Assembly: GCA_947631905.1 (NCBI GenBank)
Contig: CANRND010000010.1
Coordinates: 2,827-66,826 of the forward strand
Direction of reading: 5' to 3'
From: an uncultured Clostridia bacterium
Lineage (GTDB): Bacteria; Bacillota; Clostridia; Christensenellales; Borkfalkiaceae
DNA length: 64,000 bases
The notes beneath the pieces are model-generated. The model saw only the letters and a program-made list of their open reading frames with translations. It searched no databases and was not told the DNA's origin. The position numbers were made by a program, and so were the translations under genes. Below, piece after piece: positions 1-11,162 of the stretch (the stretch's first letter is position 1; the number at the start of each line of letters is the position of its first letter).

Positions 1-153
1 CTCTGCATCGTGCGCCTTGAATTTTTTGGTGCGGGTGATCGTCTTTTTGTAGACGGGGTGCTTGCGCTTGTCCGTCACTGCGACGACGACCGTTTTATCC
101 ATTTTGTCGGAGACCACGATGCCGACTCTTTCTTTTCTCAAATTTCTTTCCAT
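1..153 (-). CDS. rpsQ: 30S ribosomal protein S17 (partial, 3' end runs off the window)
   Basis: Minus-strand ATG at 151-153. My translation [51 protein letters not shown] is a typical S17 N-terminus. Absent from the ORF track because no stop lies in the window. Directly downstream of rpmC, as in S10/spc operons. Confidence 0.9.
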   Translation of the reverse strand, partial: MERNLRKERVGIVVSDKMDKTVVVAVTDKRKHPVYKKTITRTKKFKAHDAE

Positions 154-164
154 TTTCGTCTACC

Positions 165-359
165 TCACGCCTTTAATTCCCGTGCGCGGATCTCCGTGTT
201 CACTCTTGCGATGTCCCGCTTGCACGTCCTGATGGACAGGGGATTTTCGAGCTGCCCCGAAGCATGGCGGAAACGGAGATTGAAGAGTTCCGTTTTGAGT
301 TCTTTGAGCTTCTTTTCAAGCTCGACGTCGGTCATATTGTGAAATTCGTTGCCTTTCAT
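165..359 (-). CDS. rpmC: 50S ribosomal protein L29
   Basis: 64 aa, [40 protein letters not shown] is a classic L29 sequence. Overlaps the rplP stop by 4 nt. Confidence 0.95.
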   Translation of the reverse strand: MKGNEFHNMTDVELEKKLKELKTELFNLRFRHASGQLENPLSIRTCKRDIARVNTEIRARELKA

Positions 360-799
360 TTGGTTTCACCGCCTTCTGCCGGATTTTCAAGGTCCGCCTT
401 CCTGACGAATTTGCACTTGACGGGGAGTTTATGTCCCGCAAGGCGCATCGCTTCGCGCGCAACATCCTCGGGTACGCCCGCCATTTCGAACATCACTCTG
501 CCCGGTTTTACGATGGCGACCCAATATTCCACCGCGCCCTTACCAGAACCCATACGGGCTTCGGCGGGGTGACGGGTGATGGGCTTGTGGGGGAAGATGT
601 CGATCCACACCTGCCCGCCGCGCTTGATGAAACGGGTCATGGCGATACGGGCCGCCTCGATCTGGTTGGACTTGATCCTGCCCGCTTCCTCCGCCACGAG
701 GCCGTACTCTCCGTACGCCACGAAATTGCCCTTATGCGCCGCGCCCTTCAAAGAGCCGCGGTGCTGTTTTCTTCTCTTCACTCTCTTCGGAATTAACAT
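356..799 (-). CDS. rplP: 50S ribosomal protein L16
   Basis: ORF 356..862 trimmed to the internal start [15 protein letters not shown] (canonical L16 N-terminus). That ATG at 797-799 overlaps the rpsC stop (TAATG). Confidence 0.95.
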   Translation of the reverse strand: MLIPKRVKRRKQHRGSLKGAAHKGNFVAYGEYGLVAEEAGRIKSNQIEAARIAMTRFIKRGGQVWIDIFPHKPITRHPAEARMGSGKGAVEYWVAIVKPGRVMFEMAGVPEDVAREAMRLAGHKLPVKCKFVRKADLENPAEGGETK

Positions 800-1461
800 T
801 ACTTGTTGCCTCCTTCCGTCTTCTTCGCGGCTTTCAACACCTCGCCCTTGTAGATCCAGCACTTCACGCCGATCATGCCGAACGTGGTGTGCGCTTCCGC
901 AAAGCCGTAGTCGATGTCCGCCCGCAAGGTTTGAAGCGGGATACTGCCGTCGTGGTAGTGTTCGCTGCCCGCGATCTCACGCCCGTCAAGACGGCCCGAA
1001 ACCTGCATTTTAACGCCCTTCACGCCGGCGCGCATCGTTCTGCCGATCGCCTGCTTGATGGCTCTTCTGAACGCAACGCGCTTTTCGAGCTGGGCGGCTA
1101 CGCCCTCCGCCACGAGCTGTGCGTCCGCGTCGGGCTTTCTCACTTCGGTGACGTTGATACCGACCTGCTTGCCGTTCGTGAGCTTGGCGAGATCTTTCTT
1201 GATGACCTCGATCTCCGCGCCCGCTTTGCCGATGAGAACGCCGGGACGGCCCGTATGGATGGTGACGACGATCTTGCCCGCCGCCCTCTCGATGAGGATG
1301 CGGGAAATTGCCGCCGCGTAGTACTTCTTTTTGAGGAATGTGCGGATGGTGTGATCTTCTTTGAGATAAGCGCTGAACTCCTTCTTGTCGGCATACCACT
1401 GGGTATCCCAACCTTTGATGACGCCGACTCTCAAACCGTGAGGATTAACTTTCTGTCCCAT
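799..1461 (-). CDS. rpsC: 30S ribosomal protein S3
   Basis: 220 aa, [29 protein letters not shown] is a canonical S3 N-terminus; operon context. Confidence 0.97.
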   Translation of the reverse strand: MGQKVNPHGLRVGVIKGWDTQWYADKKEFSAYLKEDHTIRTFLKKKYYAAAISRILIERAAGKIVVTIHTGRPGVLIGKAGAEIEVIKKDLAKLTNGKQVGINVTEVRKPDADAQLVAEGVAAQLEKRVAFRRAIKQAIGRTMRAGVKGVKMQVSGRLDGREIAGSEHYHDGSIPLQTLRADIDYGFAEAHTTFGMIGVKCWIYKGEVLKAAKKTEGGNK

Positions 1462-1462
1462 G

Positions 1463-1864
1463 TCAAATATCTCCTTCCGCTTTCTTTACATCGAGGATTA
1501 CCGTGATGTGGCTCGTTCTTTTGAGGATCGCATGCCCTCTTCCTTTGGAAACGGGTTGCATGCGTTTGAGACTCGTACCGCCGTTCGCATAGCACGCCGC
1601 AACCATGAGGTCGCCTCTGTCCATGCCCTGGTTATGCTCCGCGTTTGCGACCGCGCTCATCAACACTTTGAGGGTGGGCGCCGCGCCGCCGTTGGGCATA
1701 TGCTCTAAAATGGCCTTTGCCTCCGCAACGCTCTTGCCGCGGATGAGATCGAGTACCGTTCTCACTTTGTACGGAGAGATCCTGATATATTTTGCGACTG
1801 CATAGGGGCGCTTTTCCTTGATTTGTGCGACCCGTTCTGCTTTTTTCTTCATATTGCCTGCCAT
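1463..1864 (-). CDS. rplV: 50S ribosomal protein L22
   Basis: 133 aa, [32 protein letters not shown] is an L22 signature; between rpsS and rpsC. Confidence 0.95.
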   Translation of the reverse strand: MAGNMKKKAERVAQIKEKRPYAVAKYIRISPYKVRTVLDLIRGKSVAEAKAILEHMPNGGAAPTLKVLMSAVANAEHNQGMDRGDLMVAACYANGGTSLKRMQPVSKGRGHAILKRTSHITVILDVKKAEGDI

Positions 1865-1875
1865 TTCTCTTCTCC

Positions 1876-2154
1876 TTATTTCCCGGGCGCCGTGGTTTTC
1901 GCCGTGTGTCCCCTGAACGTCCTCGTGGGAGCGAACTCACCGAGCTTGCAGCCCACCATGTCCTCTGTGATGTAGACGGGAACGTGCTTCCTGCCGTCGT
2001 AAACGGCGATCGTATGCCCTACCATCTGAGGGAAGATCGTCGATGCTCTCGACCATGTTTTGAGTACTTTCTTTTCGTTTGCCTCGTTCATCGCCTCGAT
2101 CCTTGCAAGGAGCTTGGCTTCGACGTAAGGCCCTTTCTTAACACTTCTCGACAT
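1876..2154 (-). CDS. rpsS: 30S ribosomal protein S19
   Basis: 92 aa, [16 protein letters not shown]...[38 protein letters not shown] is canonical S19. Confidence 0.97.
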   Translation of the reverse strand: MSRSVKKGPYVEAKLLARIEAMNEANEKKVLKTWSRASTIFPQMVGHTIAVYDGRKHVPVYITEDMVGCKLGEFAPTRTFRGHTAKTTAPGK

Positions 2155-2169
2155 TTTTCATCCCTCCTC

Positions 2170-2997
2170 TCAGTTGATCCTCTTCAAGATGAATTTGCTC
2201 GTGGGATTCTTCTTCTTTCTCGTCTTGTAGCCGAGTGCGGGTTTGCCCCACGGCGTTTCGGGACCCGCATGGCCGACGGGAGACTTGCCTTCGCCGCCGC
2301 CGTGAGGGTGGTCGTTCGGGTTCATGACCGAGCCGCGGACGGTGGGACGGATCCCGAGGTGACGGGTCTTGCCCGCCTTGCCCACGCGGATGATGTCGTG
2401 TTCGAGGTTGCCGACCTGCCCGACCGTCGCCTTGCACTCTGCGGGGATGAGCCTCATCTCGCCCGAGGGCATCTTGATGGTGGCGTACTTCCCTTCGCAT
2501 GCCATGATCTGGGCGAAGATGCCCGCGCTTCTGGCAACCTGTCCGCCGCGGCCGGGTTTCATCTCGATGTTATGCACGAGGGTGCCGACGGGGATATTTT
2601 TGAGGGGAAGGTTGTTGCCTACCTTGATGTCCGCGTTCTCGCCGCTCATGATCGTATCTCCGACGTTGAGCCCGACGGGAGCGAGGATGTAGCGCTTTTC
2701 GCCGTCCGCATAGACGAGGAGAGCGATGTTCGCGCTGCGGTTGGGATCGTATTGGATGCTCTTGACTTTTGCGGGGATGTTGTCCTTGTTCCGCTTGAAG
2801 TCGATGATGCGGTATTTGCGCTTGTTGCCGCCGCCGATGTGGCGGACGGTGATGCGCCCTGCGTTATTTCTGCCGCCCGACTTGCGCTGGTCTTCCAAAA
2901 GCGCGCGCTCGGCGGGTTCTTTGGAAAGTTCCGAATAATCGGGAACGGTCATGAAGCGCCGCGCCGCGGACGTAGGTTTATATCTCTTTACTGCCAT
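2170..2997 (-). CDS. rplB: 50S ribosomal protein L2
   Basis: 275 aa, [14 protein letters not shown]...[19 protein letters not shown] is canonical L2. Confidence 0.98.
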   Translation of the reverse strand: MAVKRYKPTSAARRFMTVPDYSELSKEPAERALLEDQRKSGGRNNAGRITVRHIGGGNKRKYRIIDFKRNKDNIPAKVKSIQYDPNRSANIALLVYADGEKRYILAPVGLNVGDTIMSGENADIKVGNNLPLKNIPVGTLVHNIEMKPGRGGQVARSAGIFAQIMACEGKYATIKMPSGEMRLIPAECKATVGQVGNLEHDIIRVGKAGKTRHLGIRPTVRGSVMNPNDHPHGGGEGKSPVGHAGPETPWGKPALGYKTRKKKNPTSKFILKRIN

Positions 2998-3015
2998 TTT
3001 CTCTTCTCCTCCCCG

Positions 3016-3306
3016 TTACGACAACGAATTGAAGTATTCGATGGGTTTGCTGCTCTCTTTGAGCTGCACGACCGCTTTCTTGGTAACGGGCGTATAGCCC
3101 TGGTTCCTGCCCATTCTCTTGAGCTTGCCGCGTTGCGTCACCGTGTTCACGCTCTTTACCTGTACGTCGAACATCTGCTCGACGGCGATCTTGATCTGCG
3201 TCTTGTTCGCGCTTTTGAGAACTACGAAAGTGTAGCGCTTATCCGCGATCCCGTCGTAACCTTTCTCGGTGAGTACGGGTTTCAAAATGATGTCTTCGGC
3301 TGTCAT
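3016..3306 (-). CDS. rplW: 50S ribosomal protein L23
   Basis: 96 aa, ILKPVLTEKGYDGIADKRYTFVVLKSANKTQIKIAVEQMFDVQV is L23-like; operon position. Confidence 0.95.
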   Translation of the reverse strand: MTAEDIILKPVLTEKGYDGIADKRYTFVVLKSANKTQIKIAVEQMFDVQVKSVNTVTQRGKLKRMGRNQGYTPVTKKAVVQLKESSKPIEYFNSLS

Positions 3307-3929
3307 ACCGCATAGGCCTCCTCGAGTTTTTTCACCGAACCCGCAGTGAGGACCACAACGGCGTTCGCAACGATTTCGTAGGTATTGATCTCTTCGACGG
3401 AGAGGGTGGAAAGTCCTTCGAGGTTTCTCGCCGCGCGGATCACGTCCTCATCCTTTTCGTCCATGACGACGACGGTGCGCTTTTCGAGATGGAGCGCCTT
3501 TTGGAACGCCGCCATTTCTTTGGTCTTTGCCTCGGTGACTTTCAGCTCGTCCACAACGAGGAGTTCGCCATCCGCCACTTTCTTGGAAAGCGCGGAAAGA
3601 AGCGCGCCTCTCTTCGCCTTGTCGTTCATCTTCTTGGAGAAGTCGCGGCTCTTGGGTGCGAACACCACGCCGCCTTTCGTCCACTGGGGAGCGCGGATGG
3701 AACCCTGCCTAGCGCGGCCCGTTTCCTTCTGTCTCCACGGCTTCACGCCGCCGCCGCGCACCTCCGTGCGGGTGAGGGTACTCTTGGTCCCCTGGCGCTG
3801 GTTGGAAAGATAGGTAACGACCGCCTGATGGATGAGGGGTTCGTTGTATTCCACGCCGAACACTGCGTCGGAAAGCTCCAACTCGCCGACCTCGGCGCCT
3901 TTCATATTATAAACTTTCACGTTTGCCAT
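3303..3929 (-). CDS. rplD: 50S ribosomal protein L4
   Basis: 208 aa, TRTEVRGGGVKPWRQKETGRARQGSIRAPQWTKGGVVFAPK is the L4 signature. Confidence 0.95.
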   Translation of the reverse strand: MANVKVYNMKGAEVGELELSDAVFGVEYNEPLIHQAVVTYLSNQRQGTKSTLTRTEVRGGGVKPWRQKETGRARQGSIRAPQWTKGGVVFAPKSRDFSKKMNDKAKRGALLSALSKKVADGELLVVDELKVTEAKTKEMAAFQKALHLEKRTVVVMDEKDEDVIRAARNLEGLSTLSVEEINTYEIVANAVVVLTAGSVKKLEEAYAV

Positions 3930-3930
3930 T

Positions 3931-4572
3931 TCAGTTCTCCTTCTGCTTCACGCTGTTGGAAATCGTGACGACGCTCCCTTTGGGACCGGGGATCGCGCCC
4001 TTGATGAGGATCGCGTTCCGCTCCGCGTCTACCCGCACGACTTCGAGGTTCTGGACGGTGACGTTCTCAACGCCCCAATGTCCCGCGAGGTGCTTGTGCT
4101 TGAACACGCGCGAGGGATCGCTGATCGAACCCATGGAACCCGGCTCTCTGTGTACGGGGCCTACGCCGTGGGTCTCTTTGAGACGGTGCTGGTTCCATTT
4201 CTTGATGACGCCCGTAAATCCGTGGCCCTTGCTCACGCCCGCGACGTCCACCTTGTCGCCCGCCGCAAAGACGTCCGCCTTCACGAAGTCGCCCACTTGG
4301 TAGCCGTCCACCTTGTCAAGGCGCACTTCTTTCAACACCTTGCAGGGTTTTACGCCCGCTTTCTTGAACTGCCCGAGTTCGGGCTTATTGAGCGCTTTCT
4401 CGCTCGTTTCGCCGAAGCCGAGTTTGAGCGCCGTGTAGCCGTCGCTCTCCGCCGTCTTTACCTGAACGACGGGGCAGGGACCTGCTTCCACTACGGTGAC
4501 GGGGATCATTTTCCCGTCCGGCGCAAAGATCTGCGTCATGCCCGCTTTGCGCCCGATGATTGCTTTATTCAT
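3931..4572 (-). CDS. rplC: 50S ribosomal protein L3
   Basis: 213 aa, [40 protein letters not shown] is canonical L3. Confidence 0.97.
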   Translation of the reverse strand: MNKAIIGRKAGMTQIFAPDGKMIPVTVVEAGPCPVVQVKTAESDGYTALKLGFGETSEKALNKPELGQFKKAGVKPCKVLKEVRLDKVDGYQVGDFVKADVFAAGDKVDVAGVSKGHGFTGVIKKWNQHRLKETHGVGPVHREPGSMGSISDPSRVFKHKHLAGHWGVENVTVQNLEVVRVDAERNAILIKGAIPGPKGSVVTISNSVKQKEN

Positions 4573-4651
4573 GGATAAAGTTCACTCCTTAAAATTTTAT
4601 TTGTGAAAACCGCTTTTTGCAGTTTTTCAACTTCCGCTTTGTCTGGCTCTT

Positions 4652-4954
4652 TTAGCCGAGCTTGACCTTGATGTCTACGCCGGCGGGAAGGTGGATGCTG
4701 TCGAGTAGCTTGGCGTTGGGCGAATAGATGTCGATGATGCGGCGGTAGGTGCGCATTTCGAACTGTTCGCGCGAATCCTTATCTTTATGGGGACTCCTGA
4801 GGATGGTGACGATCTCGCGTTCCGTGGGAAGCGGAATGGGACCTGAGATCTTCGCTCCGCCCTTTTGCATGGTTTCGACGATGCGGCCCGCCGCTTGGTC
4901 GACGAGTTCGTGATCGTATGCCGACAATTTGATCCTGATTTTTTGGCCTGCCAT
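4652..4954 (-). CDS. rpsJ: 30S ribosomal protein S10
   Basis: 100 aa, [42 protein letters not shown] is canonical S10; first gene of the operon. Confidence 0.97.
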   Translation of the reverse strand: MAGQKIRIKLSAYDHELVDQAAGRIVETMQKGGAKISGPIPLPTEREIVTILRSPHKDKDSREQFEMRTYRRIIDIYSPNAKLLDSIHLPAGVDIKVKLG

Positions 4955-5200
4955 TGTTCCTTACTCCTTTTTTATACTAACTTGGTTTTGCTTACGTCAA
5001 CTTTACCGTGCGTATCGAGGTCTTCGGCAGTAAAAAACACCTTTTGTTTTTGCGGTGTTTTCACGCAAAAGCCTCGGTTAGTCGCAGAAGTCGTGCTTCC
5101 ACACTTGTCAACGGAAATTATCTGCCGAGGGGCTTTCCTGCCTCGATTTTTCAGTAACTTCCCGTCTCAACCCTATACGCCACAATAACGCAGCTTGATT

Positions 5201-5230
5201 ATAATACCATAATGTCAAGCCGCTTGTCAA
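5201..5230 (-). promoter_or_regulatory. Candidate sigma-A promoter of the S10 operon
   Basis: Minus strand reads TTGACA (5225-5230), an 18-nt spacer, then TGgTATTAT (-10 at 5201-5206). Lies about 245 nt upstream of the rpsJ ATG. Confidence 0.5.
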
Positions 5231-5282
5231 CGATTTTTATGCGCAAATTCCGACTTTTTCCATCGAATCGGCGCTATTTTTG

Positions 5283-5321
5283 CCAAAAAACAAAAAAAGA
5301 GGAAGAGACCTCTCTCCCTCT
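5283..5321 (-). terminator. Rho-independent terminator ending the opp transcription unit
   Basis: Minus-strand RNA AGAGGGAGAGA-GG-UCUCUUCCUCU (11-bp stem with one G-U) followed by UUUUUUGUUUUUU. Starts 7 nt after the stop of the 89-aa ORF. Confidence 0.8.
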
Positions 5322-5327
5322 TATGGT

Positions 5328-5597
5328 TTACAGTCTGCCTGCGGCGGCAAGAATGATGATATAGACGATCGTCAGCGCCGCAAGGGTTGCGAGCATGGGA
5401 ATGACCATCTTCTTCATCACGGTAAAGAACGTGCGCGCCTGTTCTTTGAGCGGCGTCTTTTGCCGCGGCGTTTTTTCTTTCCGCGTGCCGCTCATATCGG
5501 CAACGGTGGAACCGTCATCGTAATAGATAACTTTTACTTTCTTCTCTTTCGGCTTTTCCGGAAGCTGTTCCTCCGTTTTTTGTTCCTTTTTGCGCAT
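5328..5597 (-). CDS. Small basic tail-anchored membrane protein (89 aa), function unknown
   Basis: ORF 5328..5669 trimmed to MRKKEQKTEEQ, whose ATG overlaps the oppF stop (TGATG). Lys/Glu-rich N-terminal part and a single C-terminal hydrophobic helix MVIPMLATLAALTIVYIIILAAAG. Confidence 0.55.
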   Translation of the reverse strand: MRKKEQKTEEQLPEKPKEKKVKVIYYDDGSTVADMSGTRKEKTPRQKTPLKEQARTFFTVMKKMVIPMLATLAALTIVYIIILAAAGRL

Positions 5598-6788
5598 CAA
5601 TTCTCCCCGGCTTCGTCCTGCAACGAAACTGCCTTGACGGGGCCATTCACCTCGCCCTGCGGATAGCAATGGCAGGCGGCGAAATGCCCGGGTTCGTACT
5701 CTTTATAGACGGGTGCGATGTGGCTGCATATCTCCTTTGCCATCGGGCAACGGGTATGGAACTTGCACCCTTTCGGAGGATTTGCGGGCGAGGGGATGTC
5801 CCCTTTCAGCACGATGCGGTTCATCTTCACATCGGGGTTGGGATTGGGTACCGCCGAGAAGAGCGCCTGCGTATAAGGGTGCAGGGGATTTTCGAAAATG
5901 CTCTTCTTGTCCCCAAATTCCACCATCGAGCCGAGATACATCACGCCGATCTGGTCGGAAATGTGCTTTACGACGGACAGATCGTGCGAGATGAACACAT
6001 AGGTAAAGCCCATCGTCGTTTGGAGCTGTTTGAGCAGGTTGATGATCTGCGCCTGGATGGACACGTCGAGCGCGGAGACGGGTTCGTCGCAGATGACGAG
6101 CTTGGGCTGGACCGTGAGCGCGCGGGCGATGCAAATTCTTTGGCGCTGGCCGCCCGAGAACTCATGCGGATAGCGTTCGTAATAATAATCGCGCAAGCCG
6201 CACTGCTCCATGATTTTAAGGACGTAGTCCTTGACTTCGTTCGGCGGCACGATCTTGTGTACCTTTACGGGTTCGGACAGGATCCCCCCCACCGTACTGC
6301 GCGGAGGCAGCGAGGAATAGGGGTCCTGGAAGATGATCTGCATCTGCGTGCGGAGCGGGCGCATTTTGGAGGGCTTGTACTTGGCGATCTCCTGCCCCTC
6401 GAAAAAGATCTGCCCGTCCGTGGGTTCGTGGAGCTTTAAGATCGTTCTGCCGAGCGTCGTTTTGCCGCAACCCGATTCGCCCACGATGCCGAGGGTCTCC
6501 CCCGCTTTGAGTTTGAACGAGACGTCGTCTACGGCGCGGAGAGATACCAACACCTTGCCCGACATCGACTTTTTGATGGGGAAATATTTTTTGAGGTGCC
6601 TGACTTCGAGCAAAACGTCGGGGTCGGGCGGGAGATCCAAATCCGCTTTGGCTTGCGCGTCCCGCGCGGCCTGCTCTTTTTCGGCTTCGAGCGCGTCGTC
6701 GAACGAGGCAAATTCTCCGCCCGCCGCCTGTTCCCGTTCCTCTTTCAGCTCCTCTTTTTCGAGCGCCTCTTCGTAAGATTCTGTCTTT

Positions 6789-6799
<11 letters not shown>
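5597..6799 (-). CDS. oppF: Oligopeptide/dipeptide ABC transporter ATP-binding protein (OppF type) with ~60-aa acidic N-terminal extension
   Basis: Walker A GESGCGKTT, signature FSGGQRQR, Walker B LVICDEPVSALD, and a C-terminal Cys motif GCKFHTRCPMAKEIC...AACHC typical of Opp/Dpp ATPases. Confidence 0.9.
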
Positions 6800-8882
<2,083 letters not shown>

Positions 8883-8883
8883 G

Positions 8884-10026
8884 TCATCTCCTCATCTTGG
8901 GGTCGAGCGCGTCCCTCAGGCCGTCGCCCACAAAGTTGAACCCGAGTACTGCAATGATGATGCAAATTCCGGGCGGCCCCCAGATGTTGAAGTAGTTTTC
9001 AAGGACCTCGGCGTCCTCTGCCGCGCTGACCATAGACCCCCAGGAAGCATAGGGGGGCAGCACGCCGAGTCCTAAATAGGAGAGCGACGCTTCATACAAG
9101 ATCATACTGCCGAGCGAGAGCGTCATCGAAACGATGAGCTGGGGCATGACGTTCGGCACGAGGTGTTTGAAGATCTTCCGCGCCGTGGAGTACCCCATCG
9201 CCTCCGCCGCTACCATGTATTCCTGTTCGCGCAGGAACAATATTTGTCCGCGCACGAGGCGCGCCGTCCCCGACCATGAGAACACGGTCAAAAAGATCAT
9301 GAGATAGTAGATACGGTCGCCGCCTCTCACCCCCATCGCGTCCAGCACCGAGCCTAAGATCAGCAGGATGGGAAGCCCGGGCAGACACATCAGAATATCG
9401 CAGATACGCATGATGACGTTGTCCACCTTTCCGCCGAAATAGCCCGCGATACCGCCGAAGATAACGCCGATGATCATGATCGCAAACACGGCGATAAAGC
9501 TGATGGCGATGGATTTCTGCCCGCCGTACATGAGACGGACGAACACGTCGAGGCCCGTCTGGTCGGTGCCGAGCCAGTGCGCGCGGCTCGGGTAGGAACG
9601 TTTATTGATGCGCGCTTGCGTTTCCACGACCTGGTAGAAGCGGTCTACGATCTGCTCCCCGTTTTCGTCGAGTACGGGCGCGCCGTTTTCTACGCGCGGG
9701 ACCTCTACGAGTTTGGAGTTTTCATAGCTGATGGGGCCGTTATAGTCGGTCTCCGTTTCGCCCCATCCGCCGTATTCGTTGGGAATGGCGGACATGATGA
9801 GCGGTCCCACCCACGAGAACAGGATGAGAGAGAGGATCATGACAAGCCCGATGATGGAGAGTTTGCTGCGGAAGAACCGGCGGGCGACCATCCGCCCGGG
9901 GGACATGAGCCGCACGTTTTTATCGAGGGGCTTTTCGCCGTCCTCCGCGCCCGCGCCGTTTTCGGGGAGACCTTCGGGTAGGTTCGCCGCGGGACCCGTT
10001 AAAGTTTCGTTGAATTCTTCGTTCAT
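8884..10026 (-). CDS. oppC: Oligopeptide ABC transporter permease (OppC type)
   Basis: 380 aa. Has the HWLGTDQTGLDVF motif after TM1 and the BPD-transport EAA-like region AAEAMGYSTARKIFKHLVPN. Long N-terminal tail and an enlarged first external loop. Confidence 0.9.
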   Translation of the reverse strand: MNEEFNETLTGPAANLPEGLPENGAGAEDGEKPLDKNVRLMSPGRMVARRFFRSKLSIIGLVMILSLILFSWVGPLIMSAIPNEYGGWGETETDYNGPISYENSKLVEVPRVENGAPVLDENGEQIVDRFYQVVETQARINKRSYPSRAHWLGTDQTGLDVFVRLMYGGQKSIAISFIAVFAIMIIGVIFGGIAGYFGGKVDNVIMRICDILMCLPGLPILLILGSVLDAMGVRGGDRIYYLMIFLTVFSWSGTARLVRGQILFLREQEYMVAAEAMGYSTARKIFKHLVPNVMPQLIVSMTLSLGSMILYEASLSYLGLGVLPPYASWGSMVSAAEDAEVLENYFNIWGPPGICIIIAVLGFNFVGDGLRDALDPKMRR

Positions 10027-10039
10027 GCGGGGACCTCCT

Positions 10040-11035
10040 TTAAGCGAGTTTTACCCGAGGGTCTACGACCATATACATGAGGTCGGAAAGCAGCACGCCG
10101 ATGACGGAGAGGAGTGCAAGGAACATGTTATAGGTCATGATGACGGGAATATCGCCCGCCTGCGTTGCGGCGAGCGCCCAGTTCCCGATGCCGGGGAGAT
10201 TGAACACTTTCTCCGTGATCATTGCGCCCGAGAAGAGGGAGGGAAGCACGCCCGCCATCATCGTCACGATGGGGATCATCGTGTTGCGGAACGCGTGCTT
10301 GTAGATGACTTTCGTCTCTTTCAGCCCCTTTGCCCGCGCCGTGCGGATATAGTCGGAGTTCAGCACTTCGAGCATATTGGTACGCATATAGCGCATGGTG
10401 CCGCCGATGCCTAAGATGACCGTGGACGCGACGGGCAGGGTGATGTGGCGCAGATAGTCGCCGATCTTTCCGAAGAACGTGAAATCCGCCGCGGCATTTT
10501 CGAGACCCGCGGGATAGAACCAATTCAGCGGGGCCGTTGCAAACGCTTTCTGCAAAACTCTGCCGAGGAAGAAGCTCGGGAGCGAAATGCCGATCATGAC
10601 GAGGACGGTTACCACGTAGTCGCGGATGGAATACTGGTGGGTCGCCGCGGTGACGCCGAGCGGGATGGCGATCATGTATTCGAAGATGATCGCAATAAAC
10701 GCGATGATGAACGAAACACCCATATGGTTGGCAATCTCGGAAACGACCTCGCCGCCCGAGACGAAACTCACGCCGAAGTCGAGACGGCACAGCGACCAGA
10801 GCCACGAGCCGTAGCCCTGCAAAATGCCTAAAAAGCTCGAATCGGAGAGATTGTAGCGCTCATACATCTTCTCAATGGTCTCCTGCGGGACCTGCGCGCC
10901 GCCCTGGTTCATAGCCGACAGCTTCTGCATGACGAAGTCCACGGGCATGCATCTTACGAGGATGTAGATGATCAGGGAAACGCCGACCAGAATGATGATC
11001 GAAAGCCCCAACCGTTTGAAAATATATTTGAGCAT
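10040..11035 (-). CDS. oppB: Oligopeptide ABC transporter permease (OppB type)
   Basis: 331 aa, MLKYIFKRLGLSIIILVGVSLIIYILV and DYIRTARAKGLKETKVIYKHAFRN are canonical OppB/DppB motifs. Confidence 0.92.
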   Translation of the reverse strand: MLKYIFKRLGLSIIILVGVSLIIYILVRCMPVDFVMQKLSAMNQGGAQVPQETIEKMYERYNLSDSSFLGILQGYGSWLWSLCRLDFGVSFVSGGEVVSEIANHMGVSFIIAFIAIIFEYMIAIPLGVTAATHQYSIRDYVVTVLVMIGISLPSFFLGRVLQKAFATAPLNWFYPAGLENAAADFTFFGKIGDYLRHITLPVASTVILGIGGTMRYMRTNMLEVLNSDYIRTARAKGLKETKVIYKHAFRNTMIPIVTMMAGVLPSLFSGAMITEKVFNLPGIGNWALAATQAGDIPVIMTYNMFLALLSVIGVLLSDLMYMVVDPRVKLA

Positions 11036-11048
11036 AATTTAACTCCAT

Positions 11049-11088
11049 AGTCCTGCCGTGGGGTCCACGGCAGGACTGTTTGTTTTTT
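11049..11088. promoter_or_regulatory. Intercistronic 13-bp hairpin between oppA and oppB
   Basis: AGTCCTGCCGTGG-ggt-CCACGGCAGGACT (11049-11077). The T-run (GTTTGTTTTTT) follows it on the plus strand only. On the mRNA (minus) strand it sits just 5' of the oppB RBS GGAG. Confidence 0.5.
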
Positions 11089-11162
11089 CGGGAAGCGGGT
11101 CCCCTTTGGGGAGTCCGCCCTTTCTTTTTCACGGCCGCATGCCGCGGGCCGCCCTCGGGGAA

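Noticed and set aside
356-862. Longer ORF-track starts for rplP (862), NifU-like (25593), rimI (43155), tsaB (43742), ribU (44807), trxA (46107), hisS (47410) and dprA (54198).
   Set aside because: The N-terminal extensions overlap upstream genes or the riboswitch and have no family-typical sequence. Internal starts restore canonical N-termini with good RBS or stop-start overlaps.
10128-10805. 225-aa alternative-frame minus-strand ORF inside oppB. Similar ORFs occur inside other genes, e.g. 1010..1411, 2138..2500, 54229..54960, 58681..59430.
   Set aside because: They are Arg/Pro/Gly-rich out-of-frame translations nested within genes that have clear family motifs in the annotated frame.
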